The notes: generated from the letters alone by a model not told the origin. 64,000 nt of DNA from Octopus vulgaris (GCA_951406725.2 OX597831.1:57846001-57910000), one strand, 5' to 3'. Numbered from the stretch's first letter, positions 1-13,170 are shown. Numbers and translations: made by a program.

Positions 1-429
1 TCCATGGTAGATAAAATGGAGTATAAATACTGGGTTGGCTTAATATTTCTCTAAAGTATTGCAGATGTGAATGGAATTATAATAAGTAGTACATTTTAAA
101 AATAAACACAAATAACAAAAGACAGAATATGCAGATGTTAAAATAAACATGCATTTGTTTATTCTAGACACTTTAGTAATGATTTAATGTTTATTAAGCA
201 TGGATGTGTTACACTAGAGGTTATCAGAATTACCTGCCAAGAGATATGCAGGTCATATCTTGATATTGACACTGTAATGTTTCTCTAGTTAAAACACGTA
301 GTTAAGGGCAGTGACATTTGCCTGAGGTGTGTGTGTATGTGTGTGCGCGCGCGCGTGCAGGTAAAACATAATAGGAACAATTTGACTTTTTTAAACAATA
401 ACAGTACTTTAAAATAAACAAGCTTAAAA

Positions 430-700
430 TGATGAGTAGAACTGTGAATGTCAATGTATGTATAGATTAGAGGAAACCTACAAAGTACCAGAACAGAGGC
501 AAGATGATACACAATGTGTCCAAAGAGGCTTTACAAAACACTCACCCTATCAGGTCCACAAGTGATTGGGTTTTGCAAGGATGGCAAAGAGGATCACTGA
601 TTTTGTCAGCCATGCTGCACAGAAATCTACCTTGGGTTAAGAGAGCTGATTCATTAGTAGTTAGTTGGTGCCTGATGTTGAGGGACCCAGTTCCATTACT
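430..700 (+). mobile_element. Highly degenerate Hero-like (RLE) non-LTR retrotransposon 3' fragment
   Basis: Frame-shifted remnants RKPTKYQ, QRGFTKHS, LGF, SHAAQKS and WVKR occur in the order of the RLE C-terminus (K..KY...EVG.RGF...S...LG...AAE..S.W.W.KR). Confidence 0.4.
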
Positions 701-956
701 TTGACTTTTGCTCCAAAGAGAAAGCACCAGTTGATATTACTTATAGCATCTCATGAATATCTCTTTATCAGAAGTCTTGAAGTAATCTGACAGTAGTTAG
801 CAAACAATAAAAACATACATTTACATTTCTATATGCACATGTATGTCTATTTGTGTATGTGCGTAGTTATTTATGTATGATTATATATTTATGTGCATAT
901 CTGTATGTCTGAGTGTATATATATATACATACACACACATATATATATATATATAT

Positions 957-1172
957 CATCATCATCATCATCATCATCGTTTAACGTCCGCTTTCCATGC
1001 TAGCATGGGTTGGACGGTTCAACTGGGGTCTTTCAAGCCCGAAGGCTGCACCAGGCCAGTCAGATCTGGCAGTGTTTCTACAGCTGGATGCCCTTCCTAA
1101 CGCCAACCACTCCGAGAGTGTAGTGGGTGATTTTATGTGCCACCGACACAGGTGCCAGACGAGGCTGGCAGA
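957..1172 (-). mobile_element. (GAT)n-tailed SINE-like repeat, family A (core GGTTGGCGTTAGGAAGGGCATCCAGCTGTAG)
   Basis: Near-identical copies recur at ~3220-3393, 3580-3882, 5450-5695, 12770-12950, 25523-25773, 29367-29528, 58594-58790, 60509-60772, 61505-61706, 62133-62362 and 63003-63120. All end in ...GGACGTTAAAC(GAT)n. The core resembles a Meta-domain SINE (assignment uncertain). Confidence 0.85.
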
Positions 1173-1210
1173 CATATATATATATATATATAGACATATA
1201 TATATATATA

Positions 1211-1481
1211 TATAATCAAAATAAGCAACAAGTATATCCAAGGTAGAGTAGTACAATTGTTTCATGCTATTTCATTTTATTAAACACTGTAAGTATTACA
1301 CCAGTTTTAAAATGTTGAGTAATCTTCAACCACTTATAGAATTTTCCAATCCGTTTAATTGGAAAATTCTATAAGTGGCTGAAGATTGCTCAACATTTTA
1401 AAACGGATGTAATAATACAGCGTTTAATAAAATGAAGTAGCAAGAAACAATTGGATATACTTGTTGCTTATTTTGATTATA
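1211..1481. repeat. Long fold-back palindrome (~270 bp)
   Basis: The left arm tataatcaaaataagcaacaagtatatccaa...cacttatagaattttccaat pairs with attggaaaattctataagtg...ttggatatacttgttgcttattttgattata around a ~7-nt loop. Confidence 0.9.
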
Positions 1482-1600
1482 ATCACCCCATTTGATTTAT
1501 ATGGATGATACCATACAAAATTCTGGCCCCTTTAATTAAAGTACCATATTCATCTGAATCTAAATTTTGCTGAACTTATATATATATATAGACATATATA

Positions 1601-2855
1601 TTGGGTCATCCCATAAACAATGCGGTTTTTTTTAATACTTTTATTTTTCAAAATTAAGATGAGCAAAGTTCTTTTTAAATCTAAAATATTCTCTCCTTCA
1701 CTTTCAACACTGCTCTTCCACCTATCTGGTAGACTAGCAAGGACCCTCTTCCAAAATTCATTTGTTTTTCTTGATGAAAAAAACTCCTCCAGTACTGTTC
1801 TGACCTCATCTACAGAATTCATATTTTTCCGTCCAAATGATTTTGAAGACTGCAGAATAAATGATAATCGGATGGGGCAATGTCTGGCGAATATGATGGG
1901 CGGGGGATGGTTTCTCATTCAAACTGCTCCAGCCTTTGAAATGTCATCCTTGCTGTGTGAGGCTGAAAATGATCCTGATGGAAGAACACCTTTTGTCTTG
2001 AAACCAAGCACTGACTTAAGCCACTCAAACTTTTGCAATAGATCTCCTTTGTTATCATTTGGTTTGGGTTTAAAAGTTCAAAGTGGACTAAACCCTTCAC
2101 ATCCAACCAAACATATAACAACACCTTATGGGGATGAAGACCTTTAGCCTGGGGTGCTGGTGTTTCTCCTTTCCCTACCCACTGTCTTCAGTGCTTGACA
2201 TTTTTATAGAGAACCCATTTCTTGTCACCAGTCCCTATTTGGTCCAGAATAGGTTCATTCATGAGATGTGACAGCAACGAAGAGCATACATTCACTTTTT
2301 CAGTTTCTGCATGCAATTAAACTCAGAAATTTTGTGAGGAACCCACTGACCCAATTTATTGACTTTTCCAATGGCACACAGGTGTCGATGAATGGTTGAA
2401 TGACCAAATCCAAGCTTCTCTGCTAGTTCCCTAACAGTTACAATGGAATTTTGTTTCACCAGGGTTTGCAGGATGTTCTTGTTGAGCTCTACAAATCTTC
2501 CAGGGTGTAGTTTCTGGCTTGGAATTTCTGGAACTACCATTGACACTGGTTTATGCTTATTGTCTGATCCTCACATACTGCATTAATAAACCTTGCCCTT
2601 TCCATTGTGTTATTGTCTTTATTGAACTCACAAAGAAAAATATGCCAAATATGCTCCTTCATCACTTCTATTATAGCTTTGAAAAAATAACTGTTAATAT
2701 CGAGCTGCACTCTTGAAAACTTGCACTAAGAATAAGTACAAGGTAAAATTACTACCTGCTTTTATAGCAAGGTGACGCAGGTAGTTTATTCCATCCCAAT
2801 CTGACTTTTAGTTCATGCAATTGAAAAAAAACACATTATTTATGGGATAACACAA
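1601..2855 (-). mobile_element. Full-length degenerate mariner (DD34D-type) transposon
   Basis: TA-flanked TIRs ttgggtcatcccataaacaatgcg / cacattatttatgggataacacaa. Transposase remnants: GR..ELNKNILQTLVKQN..TVRELAEKLGFGHSTIHRHL..GKV.KLGQWVPH, VHFELL, and FW.R...SLPDRWK. Confidence 0.92.
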
Positions 2856-2861
2856 TATATA

Positions 2862-3183
2862 TGTTTACAAAGTCAGAAAACAGCACAGCTCCCATGACTT
2901 TTGGAAACATTTTTTCATGCTAAGAGTTGGTGAAGCATGGAACAGACTGCCAGCATCAGTTGTTAGTTGTCGGAGCACTGCATCCTTCAAAACTTCCATG
3001 CTTCCTGAGATTCGCCAACACTACACCTGATTTTCTCCCCTCCATACACACGCAAGCAGGTATCTGACTCATACACTGTTCACTTTCCAGACATTTGTAC
3101 ATTACTGCATATGCTTTATATGCACTTTTGACAAGTTGTGGTGCACCTGAGCACTGTATACAATAATTTCATTATTATTATTA
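2862..3183 (+). mobile_element. CR1/L2-type LINE 3' end
   Basis: Translates YKVRKQHSSHDFWKHFFMLRVGEAWNRLPASVVSCRSTASFK (typical FF..RV...WN.LP...V.....F K C-terminus), with an (ATT)n tail. Second copy at ~34957-35270. Confidence 0.8.
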
Positions 3184-4139
3184 TATATATACATATTATT
3201 ATTGTATATATATGTGGAAGCACCCACTACACTCACGGAGTGGTTGGCGTTAGGAAGGGCATCCAGCTGTAGAAACATTGCCGGATAAGACTGGAGCCTG
3301 GTGCAGCCTTCTGGCTTCCCAGATCCCCGGTCGAACCGTCCAACCCATGCTAGCATGGAGAACGGACGTTAAACGATGATGATGATGATGATGTGGGTAT
3401 TTTTATGCCCATGCTGGTGGCACGTAAAAAGCACCCAGTACACTCTGTTAAGTGGTTGGTATTAGGAAGGGCATTCAGCAGTGAAAACCATGCCACAACT
3501 GACAAGCTCCATGTCAAACTGTCCAACCCATGATAGCATGGAAAGCGGACGTTAAATGATGATGATGATGATAATCCGAATTAAAAAGCACTATCCGAAT
3601 CGTGGCCGATGCCAGTGCCGCCTCGACTGGCTTCCATGCCGGTGGCATGTAAAAAGCACCAATCCGACCGTGGCCGTTGCCAGCCTCGCCTGGCACCTGT
3701 GCGGGTGCCACGTAAAAAGCACCCACTACACTCACGGAGTGGTTGGCGTTAGGAAGGGCATCCAGCTGTAGAAACACTTCCAGATCAGACTGGAGCCTGG
3801 TGCAGCCTCCTGGCTTCCCAGACCCCGGTCGAACTGTCCAACCCATGCTAGCATGGAGAACGGACGTTAAACGATGATGATGCATGCGTACGTGTATATG
3901 AATATATGCACATGGATATACATGTACTTCTATATGATTGTATTTCTAATTTATATATATATATTCTCTCATGTATGTGTGTGTGTAAATGCACATTAAT
4001 TTTCCTTTATCTATGTATTTACTTATTGAATGACATAATGGGTAAGCTATTTGAAAAAATGTGGATTATCCACGTGACATTGTAATTGCTTTACTGATTT
4101 TTTTGAGAATAATCAAGGAAAATAATTTTTCACTGACTA

Positions 4140-4665
4140 TCCCATCCCCCCATCCTATCCCACATACCCCACCCTCTGCCTACCCACAAACCCCAACCCT
4201 CAGCCGAACCCACACCCCACCTGTGCTTTCCCCACCTCCCAACATCACACCACACCACACTACACCATACAACATTACACATCACATCACACCACCCACC
4301 CACACATTTTCACTCCTACACATACATACACACACACGTCCAGACCACCAGCCCTCTTTCATACGCACATACATACCCTCTTATACACACACGCACTTTC
4401 GTGTTGGGGGGAGCATCTTTGCCTTGTTATCTCCCCTACTTACCTCTCGTGTGTGACCCTTCTGTCCGAAGTCAGGCGCCATGATAGATCATTAACCACT
4501 ACACACATTTTTTTCCCTCCTTGTTTTTCTGTGTACCTTTCTGTAGAAGAGCGTAGGTTCGAAACATAAAAGACTTTTTCTATTCCTGAGCGTTATACTC
4601 ATACATCTGTTTGTTTTGTACACCACCTGTCTTTGTCTTTTGTTTTTTTCGTAAACTCTCCCTAT
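4140..4665 (+). mobile_element. Penelope-like element 3' (pseudo-LTR) fragment with hammerhead-like motif
   Basis: C/A-rich segment and tail similar to 23300-23822. Motif CTTT-CTGTAGA-A-GAGC-GTAG-GTTC-GAAAC-ATA-AAAG at 4537-4572. Confidence 0.65.
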
Positions 4666-6476
4666 ATAAATCCATAGCTCTTTGATCTGTAACTAGTTTG
4701 ACAAGAGCTAACACATGAAACTCTCGGATCTTGAGTCACTCTGTTGCTTCAGCTAAATATTAATAAAAATATACATATATTCTCATAGTCTGAGTTCTGT
4801 TTTTCCTGTTTACATCACCAAACCTATTTATTCTTCTATTTATAATGAGTTCTCAGTGTCCATACCACTAATTTGCAGATATACTAACAGGGAGTAAAGA
4901 GTAAGGGCCCTGTTCAGTCATAAATGACCATGGGATTGCACCTAGAAAGTTCCTCTCTGAGACACAAGTCTGGGCAAAGTGATTTATGGAAGACCAGCAG
5001 TTGGCCATGCATACCTGCCTGTTCTCCCTACACCACCGATGTTATCCAAAGGAAAGGTAAAGGCAGTACAGCTTGGCACCAGTGAAGTCACAACTCATTT
5101 CTAAAGCTGAGTGAACTGGAGCAACATGTAATAAAGTGTCTTGCTCAAGAACACAACACACAGCCTGGTACTGGAATTGAATTCACTACCTCATGACTGT
5201 AAGCCTGACACTCTAACAATTGAGCCATGCGCTTTCACTTATAACTGTGATGTAGTGCTAATAATAATTTTTAATATAATTATCAGAAATTGCACAAAAT
5301 CTATCATGTGCGTGTAAGTATAATAAATTACCAATCATTTTGGTCCTTTAGGTTCAACATCTTGTGGTTGTTCTTTACTACATTTTACATGTTCTGGATT
5401 CTGAAGTCTCCCTCATTCACAGTTTCCATCCACACACATAATGAATCCAGGCTGGTGGCATGTAAAAAGCACCTTTTGAGTGTGGTCAATGCCAGGGCTG
5501 CCTGACTGGCTTCTCTGCTGGGTGCATATAAAAAGCACCCACCACACTCTCAGAGTGGTTGGTGTTAGGAAGGGTATTCAGCTGTAGAAACCATGCCAAA
5601 TCAGATTGGAGCCAGGTGCAGTCTCCTGGCTTGCCAGTCCTCAGTCAAACCCAAGCCAGCATGGAAAGCGGACGTTAAACAATGATGTTGATGATAAATG
5701 TAGTGTATATAAATTTCCTTTTTTCTCATTAATGCCACAACCTTAAAGTAATATGAACTGAGACATGGTCTGTTGAGTTAATGTCATCAAGTTTGTTCAG
5801 CTCATGCCAGTAAGGAAGGGCAGGTAGGAAAAATGTAAAACCAATGATATATGTGTGCATATGCTGGTATAGGTGTGTGGTGAAGACGTTTGCTTCTGAT
5901 TTATGTAGTTTAGTTCTGCCCCAAAGCACAGTACTTTGGGTATGTCTTCTCCTATAGCTCTAGGTTGAGCAAAACTTTGAGAATAAATTTGGTAGACAAA
6001 AACTGAAAGCAGACTGTTGTATATCTATGTATATGTGTGAGTAATTTCGTTATTTCCTGCTGGTTGTAAGCAAAGGCTTTACTAAGTGTCATTTACTTGC
6101 AGTCTACTTCCAAACCACAACTGAACTTATTGACATGTACAGCTTTTGCAAACAAAAGGGTCATTTTGGTGTCTGTTTCCAGTTCTCCACAAAAGCATAT
6201 CCAAGCTGTTTGTTTTTTGATAGACAGGGAAGTTATTACCTTACTTAAAAACATATGGGAGCTAGCAAAAGGATGGGCAACTGGCCATAGCAAAGTAGAT
6301 ATTAGAATAATGACGAAATATTTGTACGTCTTTTACTTCTCTTAGTAAGTTAAGTTAATTTTTTGGCTCAAAAAGTAAAAAGCAAGGCCATGTAGGGGGA
6401 CGAAATGTTAAGTTACAACATAACACATGTTATCAAGCTGTGGTAGGGGACATAGACAGGCATACATAGATATATA

Positions 6477-6655
6477 CAGGGTGGACCAAAAGTAGGTTTA
6501 CAGTTATTCAACTATTTCTTTTGCATTCATACATTAACAGTTTAGATCTTAATTACATAAAAAATATGAAATCATTATTCTATGCTAATTTAGTTAATTG
6601 TAAGAAATTTAAAGTGTCTATGCGATAACTGTAAACCTACTTTTAGGCCACCCTA
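6477..6655. mobile_element. Tc1/mariner-type MITE
   Basis: TA-flanked TIRs cagggtggaccaaaagtaggtttacagttat / ataactgtaaacctacttttaggccaccct. Confidence 0.85.
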
Positions 6656-6708
6656 TATATATATATATATATGAGAGCAAAAGTGTACGAACACCGCTAT
6701 ATATACGT

Positions 6709-6906
6709 ATATAAGAAATACAATTGGGATAAGAACGCAAAACATCTAAATAGACGATACAAAAAACCCAGATGGGTCAATAAGCCAAAATTGCGAGGAT
6801 GATCCGGTTCTTAACCGAAGATTAAAGGCTTCGAATGACCCATCCGTGTTTTTCGTATCGTCTATTTGGATGTTTTGTGTTCTTGTCCCAATTGTATTTT
6901 TTATAT
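6709..6906. repeat. Fold-back palindrome (~200 bp) in TA-rich context
   Basis: aaatacaattgggataagaacgcaaaacatctaaatagacgatac...gatgggtca pairs with tgacccatc...gtatcgtctatttggatgttttgtgttcttgtcccaattgtattt. Confidence 0.85.
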
Positions 6907-8293
6907 CTATCTCTATATATATATATACACACACACATAATGGGCTTCTTTAAGTTTCCCTCTACCAAATCCACTCACAAGGCTTTGGTTGGTCCAAGAC
7001 TATAGTAGAAGGCACTTGCTCAAGATGCTATGCAGTGGGACTGAACCAGGAACTACGTGGTTCAGAAGCAAGCTTCTTACCACATCTGTACTTATTTAGG
7101 TAACTTTCTGTATAGAAAATACTCATGTTAGATTTTCAGAGGATATAATTTTCATAACTTCCTTCATCATCATCATTTTAATGTCCATTTTTCTGTGCTT
7201 GCATGGTTCAGAGATTATTAAGGCAGATTTTCTATGGCTGGATGCCCTTGCTGCCAATAATCCCAACCAATTCTCAAGCAGGGAGATATTTCCTCATGGC
7301 CAGATGTGTTTCTGCAGAATATTGGAAATGAATGACAATCATGCTAAGTCAAGACAAAGAGATAGAAACATAGACACATAAGTTTCTTTCAGCTTTTAGC
7401 TGCCAAATTCACTCACAAAGCTTCATTCTAGCATGAGGCTGTAGTAGAAGACACTTGCCCAAGGTACCACAGTGGTACTGAACCTAAAATCATGTGGTTG
7501 GGAAGCGAATTCCTCAACCAAATAGTCATATCTGCAAGGAAATCAAATCCAGATGCCACAATTTTAGAGTCGCACTACATAGAGAAGCAACATACCACAT
7601 TCACCAGACGATTCTCAGATCAACAAGCAAAAGAAACTAGTAGCTAGAAATAGAAGCCAACTTTCCATCTGTATAAAAAAAAAGAAAAACGACACAGGGT
7701 AATGAAGTCCTCAATATATTATGCCTGGTGATTGGAAATCATGACTTGAATTCTTGATCAGCACACTTAGCAGCAACACCTACTTTATAAATCAGCAGCC
7801 TTTTCTTGAGATGACCTTCCATGACCACCGCACCTAAGGATAGGAAGAAAGCATGCTTACCTTTAGATAAAAATAATAATAATAAACTATGTTGTTACTT
7901 CTGGCTGTTGAATAACTTGTTAGATGCAACAGCACGAATGAATGCGTAACTCCCACTATTTGTGATATTGGGTAATTAGTTTCTCCCCTAATTAAATTGT
8001 AGTTGATAATCCTTTAGCTCTTAACTTGACAGTATAGGATGGTCAAATGCAACTGATACATTTTTACATTCCAATTCTTGACTTAAAAAAAAAAATCACA
8101 AAGTCAAATTTGACTTCAGGTTAATTAATCACGATCGTAAGGTCAATTCCCAATGATATGTTGTGTTCTTCAGCAAGACACTTTATTTCACATTGCTCCA
8201 GTCCACTCAGCTGCCAAAAATGTGAAGTACCTGTATTTCAAAAGGCTAGCCATGCCATATTGTCATCCTGAATCTCCCCAAGAACTACATTAA

Positions 8294-9332
8294 CCCTTTC
8301 GTTACCAAACCGCCCGAAAAAAACTTTGGTTAATGTGACCAAACCTACCTATTCATATTTAAATGAGAATATCAGAGCAAATCTCTTTAGTACATTCGTG
8401 AAAACACATGATTATACTTCGTAAACAGTTCATCTACAGTTTTGTACAAAGATCGACGTGTAATTTTAATTCCATGAATTTTGGGAGATATTTTTCCACA
8501 TTTTTTTCGGCATCAATTTTTCTTCAACTTTGAAAATAGATAGGAGTTTCATGTTATCAAGCATTGATTCCGAATTGGAAAATTTGTGAAACAAATACTG
8601 GGTACTGTTGTGGATTTAGTTTAGGGAAACTAATGTTAGTCAGCATGGCTTAGGGTATGATGTGGTCTGGAAGTTATTGTTTGAAGCGATCAATGTGGAA
8701 ACAAACTTACGCAGAATGTAAACAAACACAAAATGGGGGTTCAAATTTCGGAAAATTTGTGAAGCAAATACTGGGTACTGCGTGGATTTAGTTTTTATAC
8801 AGGGAAAATAATGTTAGTCAGCATGGCCTAGGGAACGATGTGGTCTGGAATTTATCACTTCCATACCATAACCAGAGCCATATATTATTTTTTGACCGAT
8901 TTCTTTAGTTCGGTCAAACTTACGGTGGATTCCAATATTTCAGTTTATTCCACCTTTATGGTACACCTGTTGTGCAGTAAATTCAACTGATGATATAGTG
9001 ATGTGCACAATTCTTCTTTATCAAAATTTTGTTGCATACCCATTTGAATATTAGCTGATGATTCATTTTCTGTGGTGATGTTTAAACAAAATTTTAATAT
9101 TTTTACCTTTTGCTCAATTTACCTGTAATTAAAGTTACTTTGAGACAAAAGTTATGCAATAGAATTGATTAAGAACCCTTTCTTTAATTATGTTCCAAAT
9201 ATCACATTAATATGTTGATAAGTAAAAAAGTTACAGTTATTTAATGAAACAAGCCTAGATTCATGATTATTTTAGAATTTAATTGAAACTCATGAGGGGT
9301 GTATTTTGGTCAGAAATATAGTAACGAAAGGG
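8294..9332. mobile_element. Non-autonomous piggyBac-type element inserted into a SINE
   Basis: TTAA|CCCTTTCGTTAC ... GTAACGAAAGGG|TTAA (TSDs 8290-8293 and 9333-9336). The flanks rejoin to the SINE sequence seen uninterrupted, in reverse, near 57355-57375. Internal ~100-bp duplication at ~8575-8680 and ~8750-8850. Confidence 0.92.
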
Positions 9333-11039
9333 TTAAGGGTACGTGTGCCTGTGGAGTGCTTAGCCACTTGCACATTAATCTTACAAGCAGGCTGTTCTTT
9401 TGATTGAATCAACTGGAACCCTCATCTCAAGCGACGGGGAGCGAATATATTTTTAAACAACTATGCAAAATTTTGTTTAGCTTCAGATAAACTGTAACCA
9501 AACAAACTTATGATAAAAGGAACTCTAGCTGTAACCACCCTGTTCTCTCTTTTAGATAGTTAGGAAAATATTATCTAATAGGTGTCTTTCCTTATTAAAG
9601 AGTTATTTGAGGGCAATCTGACTGCTATTTCTAGCAGGCAGTGTTGGTAATGATGTAAAGGCACACATATTGCTGTGGTACCTTTCTGTGGCATTGGGGA
9701 CCAGAGTCAACTACAATCTCAGGCCAGAATAGATTTGGTGGATGGAAATTCAAAGCTCATTGTATGTATATAGATACACACACTATGTAGATGTGTGTGT
9801 TTGTGTCTCCTTGTCTCAACAGCAAAATAGTTGTGAAATGAGTGTCACCATTATATATGCAGTGTCCATTTCCAATCTTCCGTGAAAGTATATCTAGCCA
9901 TGGGAAACATTACCTTGCTAGAAAACAAGAAGGATGGAAAAGTGCACATTAAAATTATAAGGATGATAATATGACACTAAATCTGTTTTATAATGCAGAA
10001 AGTTAAAAAAAAAAAGAAAAAAATCCATCTCAAATTAATTTTTGACTTGAATGCAAACTTTTGTCATTGTTAACCATACTTTAGACTAATATTACCATTT
10101 AATTCCAGGTTATCATCCTTTAACGTCCGTTTTCCACGCGTCCATGGGTTGGACAGCTTGACAAGAGGTGGTTTGGCAGAAGACTGTACCAGACATCACT
10201 ATCTGTTTTGACTCAATGCCCTTCCTAACACCAGCAAGGTCTGTTTGGCACGGTTTTTTTTATAGCTGTATGCCTTTCCAAATGCCACCCACTTTACAGT
10301 ATGGACTGGATGCCTTTTACACAGCACCAGCACTGGTAAGGTCACCAAGTAATTTGCAGGACAAAGATCCTTGCAGGTGGTGGGTGGCCTTGTGATGAGA
10401 GGTTAGAGTGTGACAGAATGTAGTGGACATACATAGTTACTCAGTCAGAAGGAGAGAAATAGTAGCAAAGTGCCAGGGCATACCCTCAAGGAATGAGCAT
10501 CAGAATATAAATGGAACGGTAAAGTATTGCTGATCAAGAAGCATTCCAGCTTTGACTGTCCCATCTAATAGGTCCTTTTCCCAAGCTTTTTCTTAAAAGC
10601 AGTAGAGTTTGATTTGGCTACTATTTTTACCAGCCTGAGGCACCATGTGGAAATAATTGTTTGTTTGCTTGTAACAGATTATTTAAGAGAATGTGAAATA
10701 GTTTTACTTTAAGATCTGAAAAGATTCTGATGAGCATGACACTGTAACCAACTGAAACCAGAAACCAGAAACTACAGAAAAGCAGCCAGGGTCTGACTAG
10801 CAATTACTCTGCTTAAAGATAAAATTGTTTTATACTGCTTATAGAAATGTTTTATATATATCTCTATAAGCTAATTTAGTAGCTTATAAAATCTTCTCCT
10901 GCATGCTTTGTCGTCCTATTTGTGCATACCAAGAGGAGTGTTGATTTCTAACATGGAATTTATACAGGAACTTTGAGAGCAGTTTTACAGTTGCTGTTAA
11001 CCATTCAACTACAAAGTGAATAAAATACAAAACAAGCAC

Positions 11040-11100
11040 TGGGAGGAAAAAAAACTGTTTTATTCAATTTAACATCTTCTAGTATTCAGTCATCAAAGAT
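11040..11100 (-). other. COX7C: COX7C non-coding terminal (3' UTR) exon 3
   Basis: Strong acceptor (long T tract + ccag| ending at 11101), then a short exon with AATAAA at 11059-11064 and T/GT-rich sequence downstream. The 3' end is approximate. Confidence 0.75.
11059..11064 (-). terminator. Polyadenylation signal AATAAA of COX7C
   Basis: Plus-strand tttatt, 37-42 nt into the putative exon 3. Confidence 0.7.
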
Positions 11101-13170
11101 CTGGAAAAAAAAAAAAAAGTATTACAATCAATAGTAGTAAGTTATTACAGTATTTCATAACTAATTACTTTAGAAAATATACTGCAAATCAATTTTCATT
11201 TAAAATGAAATTAAATATGCAGCTCAAAAAGTTGCATAAAACAATTCAAATCATCTGAAACTAATATTCTACTTAGATGTTAAAGCCAACTATCAAAAGC
11301 AAAAAAAATTTTTGAAAGAAGATAAGTCTCCTTTTAAACCCGAGCAAGTGAATAAAATAAGTTAAAGTTGATGAAAGCATAAATACATAAAGTCTGATAA
11401 CAACCAACCAAATCTTTCACATTAGCAGATGAGTTTAATTTTAATTACAAGCTACTATTGCACTGATACAAGTGGATGACTGTTCTCATTGTAAACACAA
11501 GAGAAGGGGAGGTATAGAGATGCTGCTTGGATGTAATTTGTGTTAATGTATGCAATGTGAGCACATACATAAATAATACATCTTCATTGCTTTCTGCTAT
11601 AGGCACATAACTTTAGGAAATTTTAAGGAGAGCGGGAGCTGGTCAATTACATCAAACCCAGTGCTCAAGCCTGAAAGGATGAAAGTCATCGTTGATCTCA
11701 GTCGTACTGAGTTAAATATCTTTAACTGAAGACGTTTAATAAGATCGAAATATTTGTTGCTGGTGCCAATTAGCTTTTGAAATCCAGATCCATTCTCGTA
11801 TAGCAGCTTCTATATTTTCTACAAATTTCAATTAATTGACGTTACCGGAGTTACCTCCCCTGGTCATTGGTTTTTAGCTCTTGAGCACACCCATGGATAA
11901 GTTTTGCCTACTAACTGCATAGACAATCTCATGTCACATATGCAAGATCCAATGAGTTTTTTCCCCCTGCTTAGACATATAACATTTAGTACACACACGC
12001 AAAAGAAAAAGCACTCATTCTACCAAGCCATACCCTCTATAATAATAGTAGTAGTGGCTATATTTGTAGTAATGAATGTAGCAATCAAAGAATAGGAGAA
12101 AATAGGAAAATACGACCGTGGAAGGTTTCTACAAAAGTAATCCCAGGTATAGGTGTCAAGGTAGCATCACCAACATATTAAACAGTTTCCTTTTTGAGAG
12201 TTGCATTAATTCGGAAATCTGCTCTAATGGGAACAGCAAAGATTGTAAGAGAGGTCCTCGATATCTAAGGAAACTAGTTGTGACCCAGGATCAAGGACAC
12301 TGATTCTGAATGTAAAACATTTGAGCACACCCTGAATAATGATTAATCCTTTCTACTATATATGCACAAGGCCTGAAATATTGGCGGTTCAGTCTACATT
12401 GACCCCAGCATAAAACTGGTACGCTTTGTTTTTTTTTATCAACTGCAAAAGGATGAAAGGCAAAGTTGACTTCAGTGGAATTTGAACTCTGGATGTTAAG
12501 ATGGATGAATAATACTTTCTACTACAGGTACAAGGCCATGAAATTTTGGGGGAGGGGATTAATCAATTACATTGACTCCAGTGTTTCATTGATAATTTAT
12601 TGACCCCAAATGGATGAAAGGCAAAGTTGACCTCAGTGGAATAATATTAAAGAAGAATTTTGGGGAGGGGGCGAATTGATTACACTGACTCCAGTGTTTC
12701 ACTGGTACTTAATTTATCAACTCTGAAAGGCAAAGTCGACCTCAGTGGAATAATAACACATGTAACAGCAACTGTGCTGGTGACATGTAAAAGTACTGGT
12801 GCCAGTGATACATAAGAAGCACCCACTACACTCTCGAAGCTGTTGGCATTATGAAGGGCATCCAGCTGAACCTGGTGCAGCTCTCCAGGTTACCAGTTCC
12901 AGTCAAACTGTCTAACCCATGCCAGCATGGAAAGCAGATGTTAAATAATGATTAATTATTTCTTTTATTTACCACAGGGATAATATATAGTAATCTCCAA
13001 AGTATTGCCAAGGCCAGAAAATTAGAGAGCTGGAGTCAGAACAAATACCACAAAACATTTTGTCCAATGCTCTAATGATGATTCAGACAGTTCACAACCA
13101 TAATAAAGAGAATAAAGAATTTAAATTAGAAGAAAAAGGTTAAACTTACCAAATAGATATCTAATTACAG

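Noticed and set aside
546-614. Minus-strand apparent first exon MADKISDPLCHPCKTQSLVDLIG|gtgagt
   Set aside because: It is antisense to a Hero-like remnant, and the next candidate exon (~233-321) has stops in all frames.
1620-2147. 175-aa plus-strand ORF
   Set aside because: It is the antisense frame of the degenerate mariner transposase.
7784-7833. Minus-strand 50-nt exon-like segment (tttcttcctatccttag|...AAA|gtaggt)
   Set aside because: It is isolated, does not preserve frame, has no recognisable peptide and lies downstream of the COX7C polyA signal.
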